Of a stretch of DNA of 64,000 nt, positions 48,232 through 57,318 are shown in pieces. Position 1 is the first letter of the stretch. The number at the start of each line of letters is the position of its first letter. Source of the DNA: an uncultured virus (IMG/VR IMGVR_UViG_3300025669_002088) (lineage: Duplodnaviria; Heunggongvirae; Uroviricota; Caudoviricetes); IMG/VR virus record IMGVR_UViG_3300025669_002088, positions 1-64,000 of that record, one strand, 5' to 3'. The position numbers and the translations under genes are program-made. The notes beneath the pieces are model-generated. The model was not told the DNA's origin and ran no database searches. It saw only the letters and a program-made list of their open reading frames with translations.

Positions 48232-48807
48232 CTAAATCAGGGACCAGTCAGCGATGCAGCAGGGGACCGCCCGTGTGCCAACTTCGTACTGGAGGGCATC
48301 CGGTGCCCACTCCATCGGCCCCAGGGACGTGGCCAACATTTCCTTAAGGGATCGTGCGTCCGCATAGGTCAACCCCTTGAAGGTGTCAGGCTGTACCAAG
48401 CGGGAACGAAGCTGCCCCATGTCCGAGTTATCATCCAGGATAGCGATCTTCAGCGTTTCCGGTTCCGGGTGATAGGTGCGGAGGAACCACTGGATCTCCA
48501 TCCCACGCCCGGCAGTCCTGTGAAGTTCAGCATCATCTAGATGGATGACAGGAGTCCGTCCGATGATGGGTGCTGTGAGACCCTTGTCACCCAGCATATC
48601 GACCAGTTCGTTCATGTGCCACAGGTGCCTCCAGGTAGAGGAGATCACCACAGCAGCGTCCACAGGGGCCAACACTCGCTGGAGCCTGCGGCATAGGACC
48701 GGGTCGAGATGGTCCCGTCCGAGGTTCAACCGTTTCGCTTTCTTGAACCAGGAGGTGCGGTTTAACACTCCATCGATGTCCAGGAAACATAGGGTGTCGG
48801 GGTTCAT
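48232..48807 (-). CDS. HAD-family phosphatase (Swiss-army-knife RNA-repair type)
   Basis: FLDIDGVLN, VVISSTWR, RG.EI..FL, AILDD. Confidence 0.85.
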   Translation of the reverse strand: MNPDTLCFLDIDGVLNRTSWFKKAKRLNLGRDHLDPVLCRRLQRVLAPVDAAVVISSTWRHLWHMNELVDMLGDKGLTAPIIGRTPVIHLDDAELHRTAGRGMEIQWFLRTYHPEPETLKIAILDDNSDMGQLRSRLVQPDTFKGLTYADARSLKEMLATSLGPMEWAPDALQYEVGTRAVPCCIADWSLI

Positions 48808-49091
48808 CCTGTCTTCTTCACGGAGGCCCCCCAGCCGGGACGGGCCAAAACTGAGCGGATTTCCCGTTGCCTGGTCTTCGGGTGCATCCGGTGCCGGAAC
48901 TGGTGCCATGCTGTTGCCGGGATACCCTGCACGTTCTCGTACACGGTTCCCATGTACTGCCAGATTTCACCACACTCGGGGTGCTCGCAGGCAATGGGAT
49001 CCGCTTGGCCCAGGTTGATGTCCGCTGTCGCCAACTGGTCCCAGGCGTAGTCCCACTCGGGGGTGCCCTGATCGATGAAGTGAATGCTCAT
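48804..49091 (-). CDS. hypothetical protein
   Basis: ATGA-coupled; WQYMGT..HQFRHR.HP. Confidence 0.6.
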   Translation of the reverse strand: MSIHFIDQGTPEWDYAWDQLATADINLGQADPIACEHPECGEIWQYMGTVYENVQGIPATAWHQFRHRMHPKTRQREIRSVLARPGWGASVKKTG

Positions 49092-49312
49092 GTCGGTTCC
49101 TTCGAGACCTTCAGGAAGCTGTCAGGAACCTCGACGGGGTCAGCCGTGAATCGGATGTCTCCCTTTACGAGAGGCGTCCCCTCCTGCACCGAGCGAATCT
49201 CTTCCGGGGTGAGCTTGAACCGAGCTTCCCCCTGCCAGTCCAACTCGTAAGAACCCCATTTGTCCCCGAACTTTCGCTGCACATACCAGTTGTAGGCGGT
49301 TGCCATCGTCAA
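49088..49312 (-). CDS. hypothetical protein
   Basis: Coupled small ORF; AAGGAG RBS. Confidence 0.55.
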   Translation of the reverse strand: MTMATAYNWYVQRKFGDKWGSYELDWQGEARFKLTPEEIRSVQEGTPLVKGDIRFTADPVEVPDSFLKVSKEPT

Positions 49313-49764
49313 CTCTCCTTATGCGTTCCTGTTATTGGATTGGTGTCCGCCTGCAGGGCGTAAAGTGCCCACTCTCCCCCAGGGGAGGTGACGTAGCCCT
49401 CACCATCACAACGGTCACAGTCAACTTCGTCCCCCTCACAGGAACATTCCCGTTCACTTTCGTTCACGGTGCCATCTCGTACAAGGTAGAAGGTGTCCTC
49501 ACCGACCTTGTACTTGGATGGCCACACCGTGCGCTGGAAATGACCACTGTTGGGGGCAAAGGCATACAGGGGGGCTGACAGTCCGAAGAACTCCCGGCGG
49601 CTGTGATGATCGTCATCCCCGACGACCCATGGGATGTAGTCTGTGTCCGGATCCTCCCAGACTACGACACCGAGGTTCCCGAGAGCTTCAGGGGGTGGCT
49701 CAAAGGAATAACCCCCTCCGTCAAGGTCGTAACCGATGTTGCAGTAGCGGATTTGTTCCTCCAT
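49309..49764 (-). CDS. hypothetical acidic protein with a Zn-finger-like motif
   Basis: GAGGAGG RBS after the promoter motif at 49784. Confidence 0.6.
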   Translation of the reverse strand: MEEQIRYCNIGYDLDGGGYSFEPPPEALGNLGVVVWEDPDTDYIPWVVGDDDHHSRREFFGLSAPLYAFAPNSGHFQRTVWPSKYKVGEDTFYLVRDGTVNESERECSCEGDEVDCDRCDGEGYVTSPGGEWALYALQADTNPITGTHKES

Positions 49765-49893
49765 TACGCCCTCCTCACTTCAGCTACTCTGGACGCCCGC
49801 CAGATGATCCCTGTAACATTGCGGGATCATCTCGCCGGGTGGCGGAGTAGTCAGTGTGAACGGGGGCAAATGACCCCACTACAGGAGGGCACG

Positions 49894-50271
49894 ATGGATA
49901 AACCGCAAGTGAATCAGATCGTGGAGAAAGCGAAGGAAGCGATGAGCGAACTGGCGGCAGCCCTTGGGATACAGATCATCTATCGGGGCGGACGGTACGG
50001 TGAGGACACGCTTACCGTGAAGTTCGAGTTCCAGGAGATGACGGCCCACGCTGATGGTGCCTCCGATGCCGTTCCCGCTGCCTTCGCCCGCACGGCTCAG
50101 ATGTTGGGTGTCCCCACCGACAGTTTCGGCAAAACCTTCAAACAGGGGCAACGCACCTACACGGTGGTGGGCCTGAGCACCCGACGCCCCAAGTTCCCCG
50201 TGTCCGCCACCCGTGACGATGGCAAACAGTTCAAGTTCCCGATGCATGTGTTGAACCGGGTGGCAGTATGA
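49894..50271 (+). CDS. hypothetical phage protein
   Basis: AGGAGG RBS after the promoter motif at 49823; RRPKFPV motif. Confidence 0.7.
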   Translation: MDKPQVNQIVEKAKEAMSELAAALGIQIIYRGGRYGEDTLTVKFEFQEMTAHADGASDAVPAAFARTAQMLGVPTDSFGKTFKQGQRTYTVVGLSTRRPKFPVSATRDDGKQFKFPMHVLNRVAV

Positions 50272-50939
50272 AGGCCCGTGACCCCAGGCTCCCAGCGGCT
50301 GGTGTCTTCCTCACCAGGGATTTCAAGGGGGCCAACGTCCTGGTTCAGGTGCTGGAGGACCACTTCATTTATGACGGGTCGTCTTATGGCTCCCTCTCCA
50401 AGGTCGCCTCCGTCATTACAGGGAAGGCATCGATCAACGGCTACGCCTTCTTCGGGCTGACGGACACGCAACAGCGAGAACCCAAGCGGAAAACCGCAGC
50501 GGACAGGCCGGTGCTGGACTACCCCAAAGGTTTGGACTTCAACGTGAAGGACCGAGTACATCTGACAACACTATATGGCAAAGTCCACGGGATCGTCAGT
50601 TGGTACACCACGGGGCGGGGTTACAACATCCTGACGTGCAAAGGCGATCGCAACAGCGATGTCGACAACCTCGAACTGGTCAAGGGTGATCGTTCCGAGC
50701 ACGAGATCCTGGAGAACATCACCGAGTGCTACGATGGCCTGTCCGGGGAACGCCTCACCTGTGATGGTGAAGCGTCCGCTGCTCACATACGCACCCAAAA
50801 GTGCAGCCTCAACCGGATGCTGATCTACCTGTTTGGAGAACTCGGGCGGAAGGTCACCGAAGACGAGGCATACGAGTGGGCATCGGTCCACTCCAAGGTG
50901 AACGCAGCGGTAGACGCAGCGATGGACGCACCCCGGTGA
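50268..50939 (+). CDS. DUF2924-like N-terminal domain protein
   Basis: LTRDFKG...V.VL..F.YDG..Y.SLS.VA..ITG...NG..FFGL. Confidence 0.7.
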   Translation: MKARDPRLPAAGVFLTRDFKGANVLVQVLEDHFIYDGSSYGSLSKVASVITGKASINGYAFFGLTDTQQREPKRKTAADRPVLDYPKGLDFNVKDRVHLTTLYGKVHGIVSWYTTGRGYNILTCKGDRNSDVDNLELVKGDRSEHEILENITECYDGLSGERLTCDGEASAAHIRTQKCSLNRMLIYLFGELGRKVTEDEAYEWASVHSKVNAAVDAAMDAPR

Positions 50940-51124
50940 TGAAAACCGTCTCCCTGAACTTCAACGTGCCTGAGGGCATCGAGACCACGTCCGAGAACCT
51001 CGCTGCGATGAGGCAGCTTCTCCTTTCCGCTTTGGCGGAAACCCGTGACAATCAGGTGGAGGATTTCCCACAGCTTCGGAAACAACACCCGGAGTTGATA
51101 GACGCCCTCCTGACGGAGTGTTGA
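50939..51124 (+). CDS. hypothetical protein
   Basis: TGATG-coupled. Confidence 0.5.
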   Translation: MKTVSLNFNVPEGIETTSENLAAMRQLLLSALAETRDNQVEDFPQLRKQHPELIDALLTEC

Positions 51125-51297
51125 CGTGAGGGCCGTTTTCATCTCCTTCGAGACTCCCGGTGACGTGGACATCCTCCCGGACGACCCAGCCAAGATGAAA
51201 CAGCTTCTCCTGGAGGGCCTCATCGACTACAACGTTGGGGTGGCTTTGACTCAGGATGAGCTGCGGTGTGTAAACCTTTTGCTGACGGAGAATTAAC

Positions 51298-51678
51298 ATG
51301 GGTATGTCTACAGACGGCCACATCTGTTTCGGGATATTGTTCCCCGAGGACCATCCCTTCCCCTGGGAAAATGACGAGGAAGAGGAGTGGTGGGAGGAGC
51401 ACGGTCCGGGCGGGCCTCTGCCCGTGGAGTTCGTTAACGTGTGCAGTGCTGAGTACCCCCACTACGTCATTGCCGTTCCTTCCACACCTTCCACAAGTCT
51501 GATTGCGAACCGGGGATACCCCCAGGCATTCGACCCCTCAGCCTTGACGGTGACCCAGGAAGAAACCGAGGTGCTCATCCGTTTTTGCCAGGACCATTGC
51601 CTCAGCGAGATGGACCTGGTGTTTGACAAGCCGGTCGACCTGACCCCGAAATGGTATCTCGGCAGCTACTTGGGCTGA
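51298..51678 (+). CDS. hypothetical acidic protein
   Basis: GGAG RBS. Confidence 0.6.
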   Translation: MGMSTDGHICFGILFPEDHPFPWENDEEEEWWEEHGPGGPLPVEFVNVCSAEYPHYVIAVPSTPSTSLIANRGYPQAFDPSALTVTQEETEVLIRFCQDHCLSEMDLVFDKPVDLTPKWYLGSYLG

Positions 51679-51795
51679 TCGATGCTTCCTTGGATCCAAA
51701 CGGGGTAGTCCAAAGTGGACAGCCCGGTATTTCAAACTCCAGGAACAGATCGAAACGTTGGAGTGGGAAGTCCTCCACAAAGAAAAGGAGCCGTC

Positions 51796-52020
51796 ATGTT
51801 CGCAATCCTGATCAAAGGCAAATGGTGGAAGGTGCCCCCACGGGAGGGACACGCCACGCCCGTCACGCTGATGGATGTTCCCTGGTCAATCTCCCTGGCG
51901 CACGGTGCCGACATCATCTATGACATGGATACGGGGACGTGCCTCAAAGGATGGCCCCACCCCGACCTCGGGTGCATCCCCGTCATGCAGGGCTTCACAC
52001 CGGAGACAGGTCCTCGTTAG
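51796..52020 (+). CDS. hypothetical protein
   Basis: AAGGAG RBS. Confidence 0.5.
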   Translation: MFAILIKGKWWKVPPREGHATPVTLMDVPWSISLAHGADIIYDMDTGTCLKGWPHPDLGCIPVMQGFTPETGPR

Positions 52021-52087
52021 CCCACCCGAGTCTCTTCTCGTTAGGCTGGCTATAAGGCCACCTCATTGTAGAAATGGAGGTGGCCTT

Positions 52088-52408
52088 ATGAGCCTACGCA
52101 AAGAGATCCTGAAACTCGCCAAAGCGAACCCCGATGGCATCCGTGCCCATCTCGTTCCTATCCTGAAGGAAGCCGTCGCAGACAAGATCTGGAAGATGAT
52201 CGGGGATCTGAAGAAGACCCCTGACGGTTCCATGACCCTGCGGGTTGGGATGCGAAGCGGCGGGAACGCCTCCACGCTCTGGCGCAAATTCCAGATGGCC
52301 AACCAGCAGCGCAAGCTCCAGGTGACCTTCGATGACACGGCACTGATCCTGACGCTCAACAGCGGCAGGGGTCCGGCACCGACGATGGATGAAGAGCCTC
52401 AGTTCTAG
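52088..52408 (+). CDS. hypothetical protein
   Basis: GGAGGT RBS. Confidence 0.6.
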   Translation: MSLRKEILKLAKANPDGIRAHLVPILKEAVADKIWKMIGDLKKTPDGSMTLRVGMRSGGNASTLWRKFQMANQQRKLQVTFDDTALILTLNSGRGPAPTMDEEPQF

Positions 52409-52698
52409 GCACTGTCCTCTTCGTCGTCGTTGTCCGTCTCCGTTTCCCACAGATTTCCCACAGGGAAGCTGAAAGTATCATGGTCATAGTCCGAGCACAT
52501 GGCGAGGCGCATCAGGCAGTGGACGTGAACCTCGCCATCCTCGAAGGTGATGTGATCGACCTCGGGACGGTAAACCGCTCCCTTCCTGAATTCCCGGTCG
52601 TTGTCCCACCGTGCCCAGAAACGCTTTTCGGCCAGGACCTGAAGCGATGCCGATGCCTCCAGCATCGCTTCGACCTGGGCCTTCGTGTACCCGCTCAC
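52405..52698 (-). CDS. hypothetical protein, paralog of 52695..53192
   Basis: YT..Q..AM.E....L..LA...FW and YD..TF.FP...LW shared. Confidence 0.6.
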   Translation of the reverse strand: MSGYTKAQVEAMLEASASLQVLAEKRFWARWDNDREFRKGAVYRPEVDHITFEDGEVHVHCLMRLAMCSDYDHDTFSFPVGNLWETETDNDDEEDSA

Positions 52699-53192
52699 GG
52701 GGTGCTCCCGTCGAGCACGTCGGGGTGCTTCTTGGCAAGCTCCTGAAGCTGTTTGCGTTCGGCCTTCTCCCGTTCCTTCCGGCGACGTTCCTCCGCCGCT
52801 TCCAGTTCCTTTTTGCGACGCTCCTCGGCCTCCTTCTGCCGCCGAGCCATGTCCACCAAGACTTCCATCTGGTCCTGCCAGAGGTAGGACAGGGGGAACT
52901 CGAAGGTGTGGTTGTCGTAACCGCAGCAGCCACACCCGCAAGCCCTGGCCTCGCAGTAAATGAAGACCGTGTCCGCATAGAAGTTGATGTTGTTGATGGA
53001 GGGAGTATGGAGGAACTCTCTCCCTTCGTAGTCCTCCTCATCCTTCGCCGCATCATCCTCATCCCATTCGAGGCAGCGGAACCTGGGGTCGGCGTGATAC
53101 CGATCCCAGAAATAGTCCTGGGCCAGTTTGTTGAGCTTGTCCTGCCCTTCGACCATTGCCCGGATCTGTTCCTCGGTGTACTCAGCGTTCAT
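52695..53192 (-). CDS. hypothetical protein with a coiled-coil tail
   Basis: First gene after the promoter motif at 53244. Confidence 0.65.
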   Translation of the reverse strand: MNAEYTEEQIRAMVEGQDKLNKLAQDYFWDRYHADPRFRCLEWDEDDAAKDEEDYEGREFLHTPSINNINFYADTVFIYCEARACGCGCCGYDNHTFEFPLSYLWQDQMEVLVDMARRQKEAEERRKKELEAAEERRRKEREKAERKQLQELAKKHPDVLDGSTP

Positions 53193-53355
53193 GATGCCAC
53201 CGCCTTTAGGTTCCCCAGGGGATCCCCGTTGTCAACACACCATCTACTCTGTCCGGCCCAGCGATGATCCACCAATCGATCATCGCTGACTTTGGGAGAG
53301 ACGGTGAAAGGACAATACGGAGTAGAAGGAACGTGATTAGCGGCGGCTGGTAGGT

Positions 53356-53811
53356 CTATTTGCCGGGTGGTGTCTCGCCCGTGAGTAAGAAGTAGATCAG
53401 CGCCGCCAGTATCGTAAGCACTGCCGTGCCACCCCCCCCGATCAAACCATAACGCATGGCCGTCTTCTTCAGGGTACCCGTTGCTTCCTTCAGAGTCGCA
53501 ATGTCGGTCACTGCTGTGTCCGTCTTGATGCGAAGGTCCAACAGACCGATGTCCTCGATCCGTTGGTTAAATGAGGTCTCGGCCTTCTGGTATGCATCGG
53601 TGACGGCCTTCTGGACGGCACCAGGGATGTCGTCCACGGTCTTCTGTAGTCTCGTGACCTTATCGCAGAGAGACTTGTAGTCTCGGCTGGTGGTCCTGTC
53701 AGTCTCTATCTTCTCAACCGACTCCTTCAGGTGTTCTAGAGCTTGGGTCACTTGTCCTTGCCATTTCCAGAAGGTACGATCCGCATCAATGGGGGGTGTG
53801 CCAGTCATCAT
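53356..53811 (-). CDS. coiled-coil protein with a C-terminal TM helix
   Basis: Heptad pattern; GGGGTAVLTILAALIYFLL. Confidence 0.6.
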   Translation of the reverse strand: MMTGTPPIDADRTFWKWQGQVTQALEHLKESVEKIETDRTTSRDYKSLCDKVTRLQKTVDDIPGAVQKAVTDAYQKAETSFNQRIEDIGLLDLRIKTDTAVTDIATLKEATGTLKKTAMRYGLIGGGGTAVLTILAALIYFLLTGETPPGK

Positions 53812-54336
53812 CTACTCCACGGGTATTAGCTTGAGTTTGACGCAGTCAACAGCGACAGAAGCAGAAGCAGCGCAACGACCAGATCGGTGTAGGAGACAGA
53901 ACCGTGGCTCTTTGGAACCCTTTTCCTCCTCTCGTAGCACAAAGTTTTGCTCGGGGGGTGCGAGAAGAACCCAACCAGAACAAGGGCCATCCTCAGGTTT
54001 ACAGAGCACCTCGTGGGGAGTGTTGGCACGGACAATGAGGCTGTCCCCAGGTCGGGACAACACAGTGGTCCCCTCCTCGGTTTTACAGATGAATTTCCCA
54101 CCCCTCAGAAGTCCAATGGTTTCGATTACGTCCTTGTGTACGTGCTTGGGGAAGGTGGTAGGCTCTACCCCCTTGTAGTCCCACAACAGAAGCATGACGT
54201 GTCCGTTGCAGAAAGCCGCTGAGATAGTCATCCCATGGAGGTTGAAGGACAATTCGTCCTCGGGCAACGCCGTATCCAATGCATCGGATAGCGTTCGCAA
54301 CTCCTGGAACAGCACCTCTCGTTCTAACTCGGCCAT
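53812..54336 (-). CDS. cupin-domain protein
   Basis: FPKHVH..E...LL.G; PGDSLIV..NTPHEV. Confidence 0.7.
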   Translation of the reverse strand: MAELEREVLFQELRTLSDALDTALPEDELSFNLHGMTISAAFCNGHVMLLLWDYKGVEPTTFPKHVHKDVIETIGLLRGGKFICKTEEGTTVLSRPGDSLIVRANTPHEVLCKPEDGPCSGWVLLAPPEQNFVLREEEKGSKEPRFCLLHRSGRCAASASVAVDCVKLKLIPVE

Positions 54337-54500
54337 GCCACACCCCAGTGCCTCCAGCAGTCTAAGCGTCGAGCGGCGTTTGAACCTCTACTGGAGGGGC
54401 ACTATTGAAGGGAAAACGGGGCCGGGTGTCCTTTTGGGATCATCTCCTCCGACCCCAGAGTAGTAGAGGTGAGGGGCAAATGACCCTGAAGGAGAACGAG

Positions 54501-55265
54501 ATGAAAACCAACGCCAACAGCAAACTGCTCGCCGTCATGCTCGAAAAGGCTCACGCTGGTTTCACCGGATTGCAGATCACAAAAAAGGGAACGGTCCGGG
54601 GCGGTCTCGTGTACGGAGATGAAAGGGTTTGGGTTACACTCATTACGGGGTTCCACTATGATCGCCTCGTGCAGCGCAGTCTGAATGTCCTCCCGGACGT
54701 GTGGGCCACGGACATGATCACCAAGGCCGCAGCCGAGGGCCACACAATCACGGTAGCGGACGTTGAGCAGGCACGGGGCGAGTTGATTGCCTCCTTCGAG
54801 AGGAGCCTCGCCGGGAACAACACCTCGGACAGCACCGCAACCAACAGTCACGTATTCGAACCGCTGGTGGTTGACGGGGAGACCGTCCGGGGGAGCAAGG
54901 TCTATCATTGCGTAAAGGGAACACGGGACAGGAATGGAGCCTACCGGATGTGCCACTGCCGGAACTGTACGGGAGAACCCCGTGCCGCCTTGCCGGGAAC
55001 CATTTATCTCCACGCTCTCAAGACACATTCCAAGGTGCTGGAACCTGCCCCAAATGGTCCAATCCCGGAGCCCAACAGCAAACCCAAAACCATCGCCAAG
55101 AACACCCTGCGGTCAATGCTCCCGGTCAGCCGCTACGTCAGCTATGTCCTGGAGCCGGGTACAGGCTTCATTCTCGCTGCAGGCGGGGTGGCGAAAATCA
55201 TGGCAGCGGAAAATGGCTTCATTGCAACCGACGAGGTTGTCCAGATCGTACAGCAGGTGATCTGA
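54501..55265 (+). CDS. hypothetical protein, paralog of 57319..58146
   Basis: KKG.VRGG..YGD, TGFHY..LV.RS, PRA..PGTIY, EPAPNG, LPV..YV.Y.L. Confidence 0.75.
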   Translation: MKTNANSKLLAVMLEKAHAGFTGLQITKKGTVRGGLVYGDERVWVTLITGFHYDRLVQRSLNVLPDVWATDMITKAAAEGHTITVADVEQARGELIASFERSLAGNNTSDSTATNSHVFEPLVVDGETVRGSKVYHCVKGTRDRNGAYRMCHCRNCTGEPRAALPGTIYLHALKTHSKVLEPAPNGPIPEPNSKPKTIAKNTLRSMLPVSRYVSYVLEPGTGFILAAGGVAKIMAAENGFIATDEVVQIVQQVI

Positions 55266-55450
55266 TGAAGGGCACTGACAAACACCAGTGTAAATGGTGC
55301 AAGCAAAGGAAAGCGGTCTCCTCTGTCCGAGGGCGAAACTTCCGGTGGCGGCAGGATCACCCTCTCTGTTTCCAGTGTTACCGTTCACTACAAGAACGTC
55401 TGAAGCAACAATTGATCGTAGCCCAAACCCAGGAACAGGTGGCTGTCTGA
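55265..55450 (+). CDS. small Zn-finger protein
   Basis: CKWC..LCFQC; TGATG coupling. Confidence 0.55.
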   Translation: MKGTDKHQCKWCKQRKAVSSVRGRNFRWRQDHPLCFQCYRSLQERLKQQLIVAQTQEQVAV

Positions 55451-56085
55451 TGGTTACATTCATCCAGATCGTCCTGAGCTGGTTTGTGGTCGGGGGGTTT
55501 GTCCAGATGCTGTTGTTCCTCGCAGGACTGGCTGGGAGTTACACCCGAGGACCCGAGTACGCCACCTGGGTGAACGAGCACCCCCACAGGCCCAAGGACA
55601 GACCGATGACCCCGAAGACCCTCTTCCTTCTCCTGGGGATGTGGCCGGTCTTCCTGTTCATCTTCCTCAGGGCATGTCAGGCACACCAGACCCCTGACGA
55701 GTGGGTGCTGCGGACAGCAGAGCGACAGGACCAACGACAACGAGACCAGATCGAAGCTGCTGTGGTCCGTATCCATTGGTGGAGTAATTTCACTACCAGG
55801 ATAGCCACCGAGGGCAACCCCTTGATCTACGTTCGGACGGTGTTTTACAAAGACGGTTCCGGGGCCACCACCCACATGGTTCTCGGAGGCCCTGACAGCG
55901 TGTACCTGCCCGTGAGGCTGTCAGACCAGGACCGACCGCTAGTTGCACCAATGAAACCTGTGCGGACGTTAGACGCAGCCAAGCGGCTGTGTGACGAGGA
56001 CATCAAATGGTTGACAGCATGCCTTCCTGGGAACGAGGTTTCGAGGAGTGTCCTGTCCCGTCAAAGCAAGGAGATCCCCATATGA
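55450..56085 (+). CDS. membrane protein
   Basis: Two TM segments; coupled. Confidence 0.6.
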   Translation: MVTFIQIVLSWFVVGGFVQMLLFLAGLAGSYTRGPEYATWVNEHPHRPKDRPMTPKTLFLLLGMWPVFLFIFLRACQAHQTPDEWVLRTAERQDQRQRDQIEAAVVRIHWWSNFTTRIATEGNPLIYVRTVFYKDGSGATTHMVLGGPDSVYLPVRLSDQDRPLVAPMKPVRTLDAAKRLCDEDIKWLTACLPGNEVSRSVLSRQSKEIPI

Positions 56086-56654
56086 CCGCTTCCAACAGAT
56101 GCCCCCTGTGTGGCAACCCTCAGATCGGCTGTAACCTGGACTGTTCCCACTGTCGTGTGGTGGCCCGGAAGAACTACCGGGGCCGTCCAACGAAGATCAA
56201 CCTCTACCTGGATGACGTCCGGGGTTGTCCCTTTCCCGGCGACACGGAAGGTCCCTGGTACGAATCAAGACACATGAAGATCATCCCAGACGAACCAGGT
56301 GAGGGTATCGATTGGTTCGTCGTCCGCACCTACGCACGGTGCATCGAGATGCTCCAGCAGGAGGCCATCGGGACCCTGTCCCTGGACCACGACATCGCTG
56401 ACTACAGTCCCGAGAAGGGGCGTGAGGTGACGGGATATGATGTCCTGTGCTGGCTGGAAGAGCAACTCGATCGAGACATCAATTTCCCGATCCCGAACGA
56501 TATCAGGGTCCACTCCGCCAACCCGGTAGGACGGAAGCGCATGGCCTCTGTGATCGAGCGGCTGGCCCGGAAACGGGATCTGCTGGCACGGATGAACAGA
56601 CGACAGGAAGACACCCCCTCACCAAGTCGGTGGGGAAATGGGCTGAACAAGTGA
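56082..56654 (+). CDS. cyclic-phosphate-processing receiver-like domain protein
   Basis: LYLDDVR..P, LSLDHD, TGYDVL.WLE, VHSANPVG...M. Confidence 0.8.
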   Translation: MTASNRCPLCGNPQIGCNLDCSHCRVVARKNYRGRPTKINLYLDDVRGCPFPGDTEGPWYESRHMKIIPDEPGEGIDWFVVRTYARCIEMLQQEAIGTLSLDHDIADYSPEKGREVTGYDVLCWLEEQLDRDINFPIPNDIRVHSANPVGRKRMASVIERLARKRDLLARMNRRQEDTPSPSRWGNGLNK

Positions 56655-56739
56655 GCAAACGATAGGTACCGGGATCATCTGACCGACCTACAGAGTAGTC
56701 TAGGTGAGGGCAAAGGACCCCCGCAAGGAGACACGCAAA

Positions 56740-57312
56740 ATGAGGCTGCATTACTACCGGGGGAACATCGTCCACGCACAGGTGGACGCCATCGTGAACG
56801 CTGCCAACCCCAGGATGCTTGGCGGTGGGGGGGTCGACGGGGCCATTCACCGAGCGGCGGGTCCGGGGCTGAGGGCTGCGTGCAGGGAGTTCCCCGAGTT
56901 GGAACAGGGTGTCCGCATTCGGGTCGGACAGGTTCGGACGACCGAGGGCTTCGACCTGGACGCCGATTTCGTCATCCACACGGCGGGGCCGATCTTCGCT
57001 GGGTACGGCATACGAAGCCTCCGACCGGGCGAGCGGGTCGAACCCCGGCCCCTCAATGAACTCATGCACTGCATCGTCAACTGCCTGAAGGAAGCGGCCC
57101 GGATCGGAGCCAACAGGGTCGCCTTCCCCGCCATCTCAGCAGGGGTCTACGGGGGCAGCGTGTCGGCCTTTGCCCACGCCCTCCACGAGGCCATGAAACA
57201 GGAAGCCCGCCTCCCCATCGAGGAGGTCCAGGTCGTCCTGTTCCAGGACAACGAGTTCCAGGAGTTTAGCGACTGGCAGGAAACAGCGGACGACGCTCCG
57301 CCCATCCCCTGA
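56740..57312 (+). CDS. macrodomain ADP-ribose hydrolase (MacroD/YmdB-like)
   Basis: VDAIVNAAN..LGGGGVDGAIHRAAG, VIHT.GP, AFPAISAGVYG. Confidence 0.93.
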   Translation: MRLHYYRGNIVHAQVDAIVNAANPRMLGGGGVDGAIHRAAGPGLRAACREFPELEQGVRIRVGQVRTTEGFDLDADFVIHTAGPIFAGYGIRSLRPGERVEPRPLNELMHCIVNCLKEAARIGANRVAFPAISAGVYGGSVSAFAHALHEAMKQEARLPIEEVQVVLFQDNEFQEFSDWQETADDAPPIP

Positions 57313-57318
57313 GCAGGG

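Noticed and set aside
22770..52060. Possible late-promoter TATAAG/TATAAAG motif (near 22774, 30343, 44933, 52051)
   Set aside because: There are too few copies and the motif is too short to separate from chance by eye.
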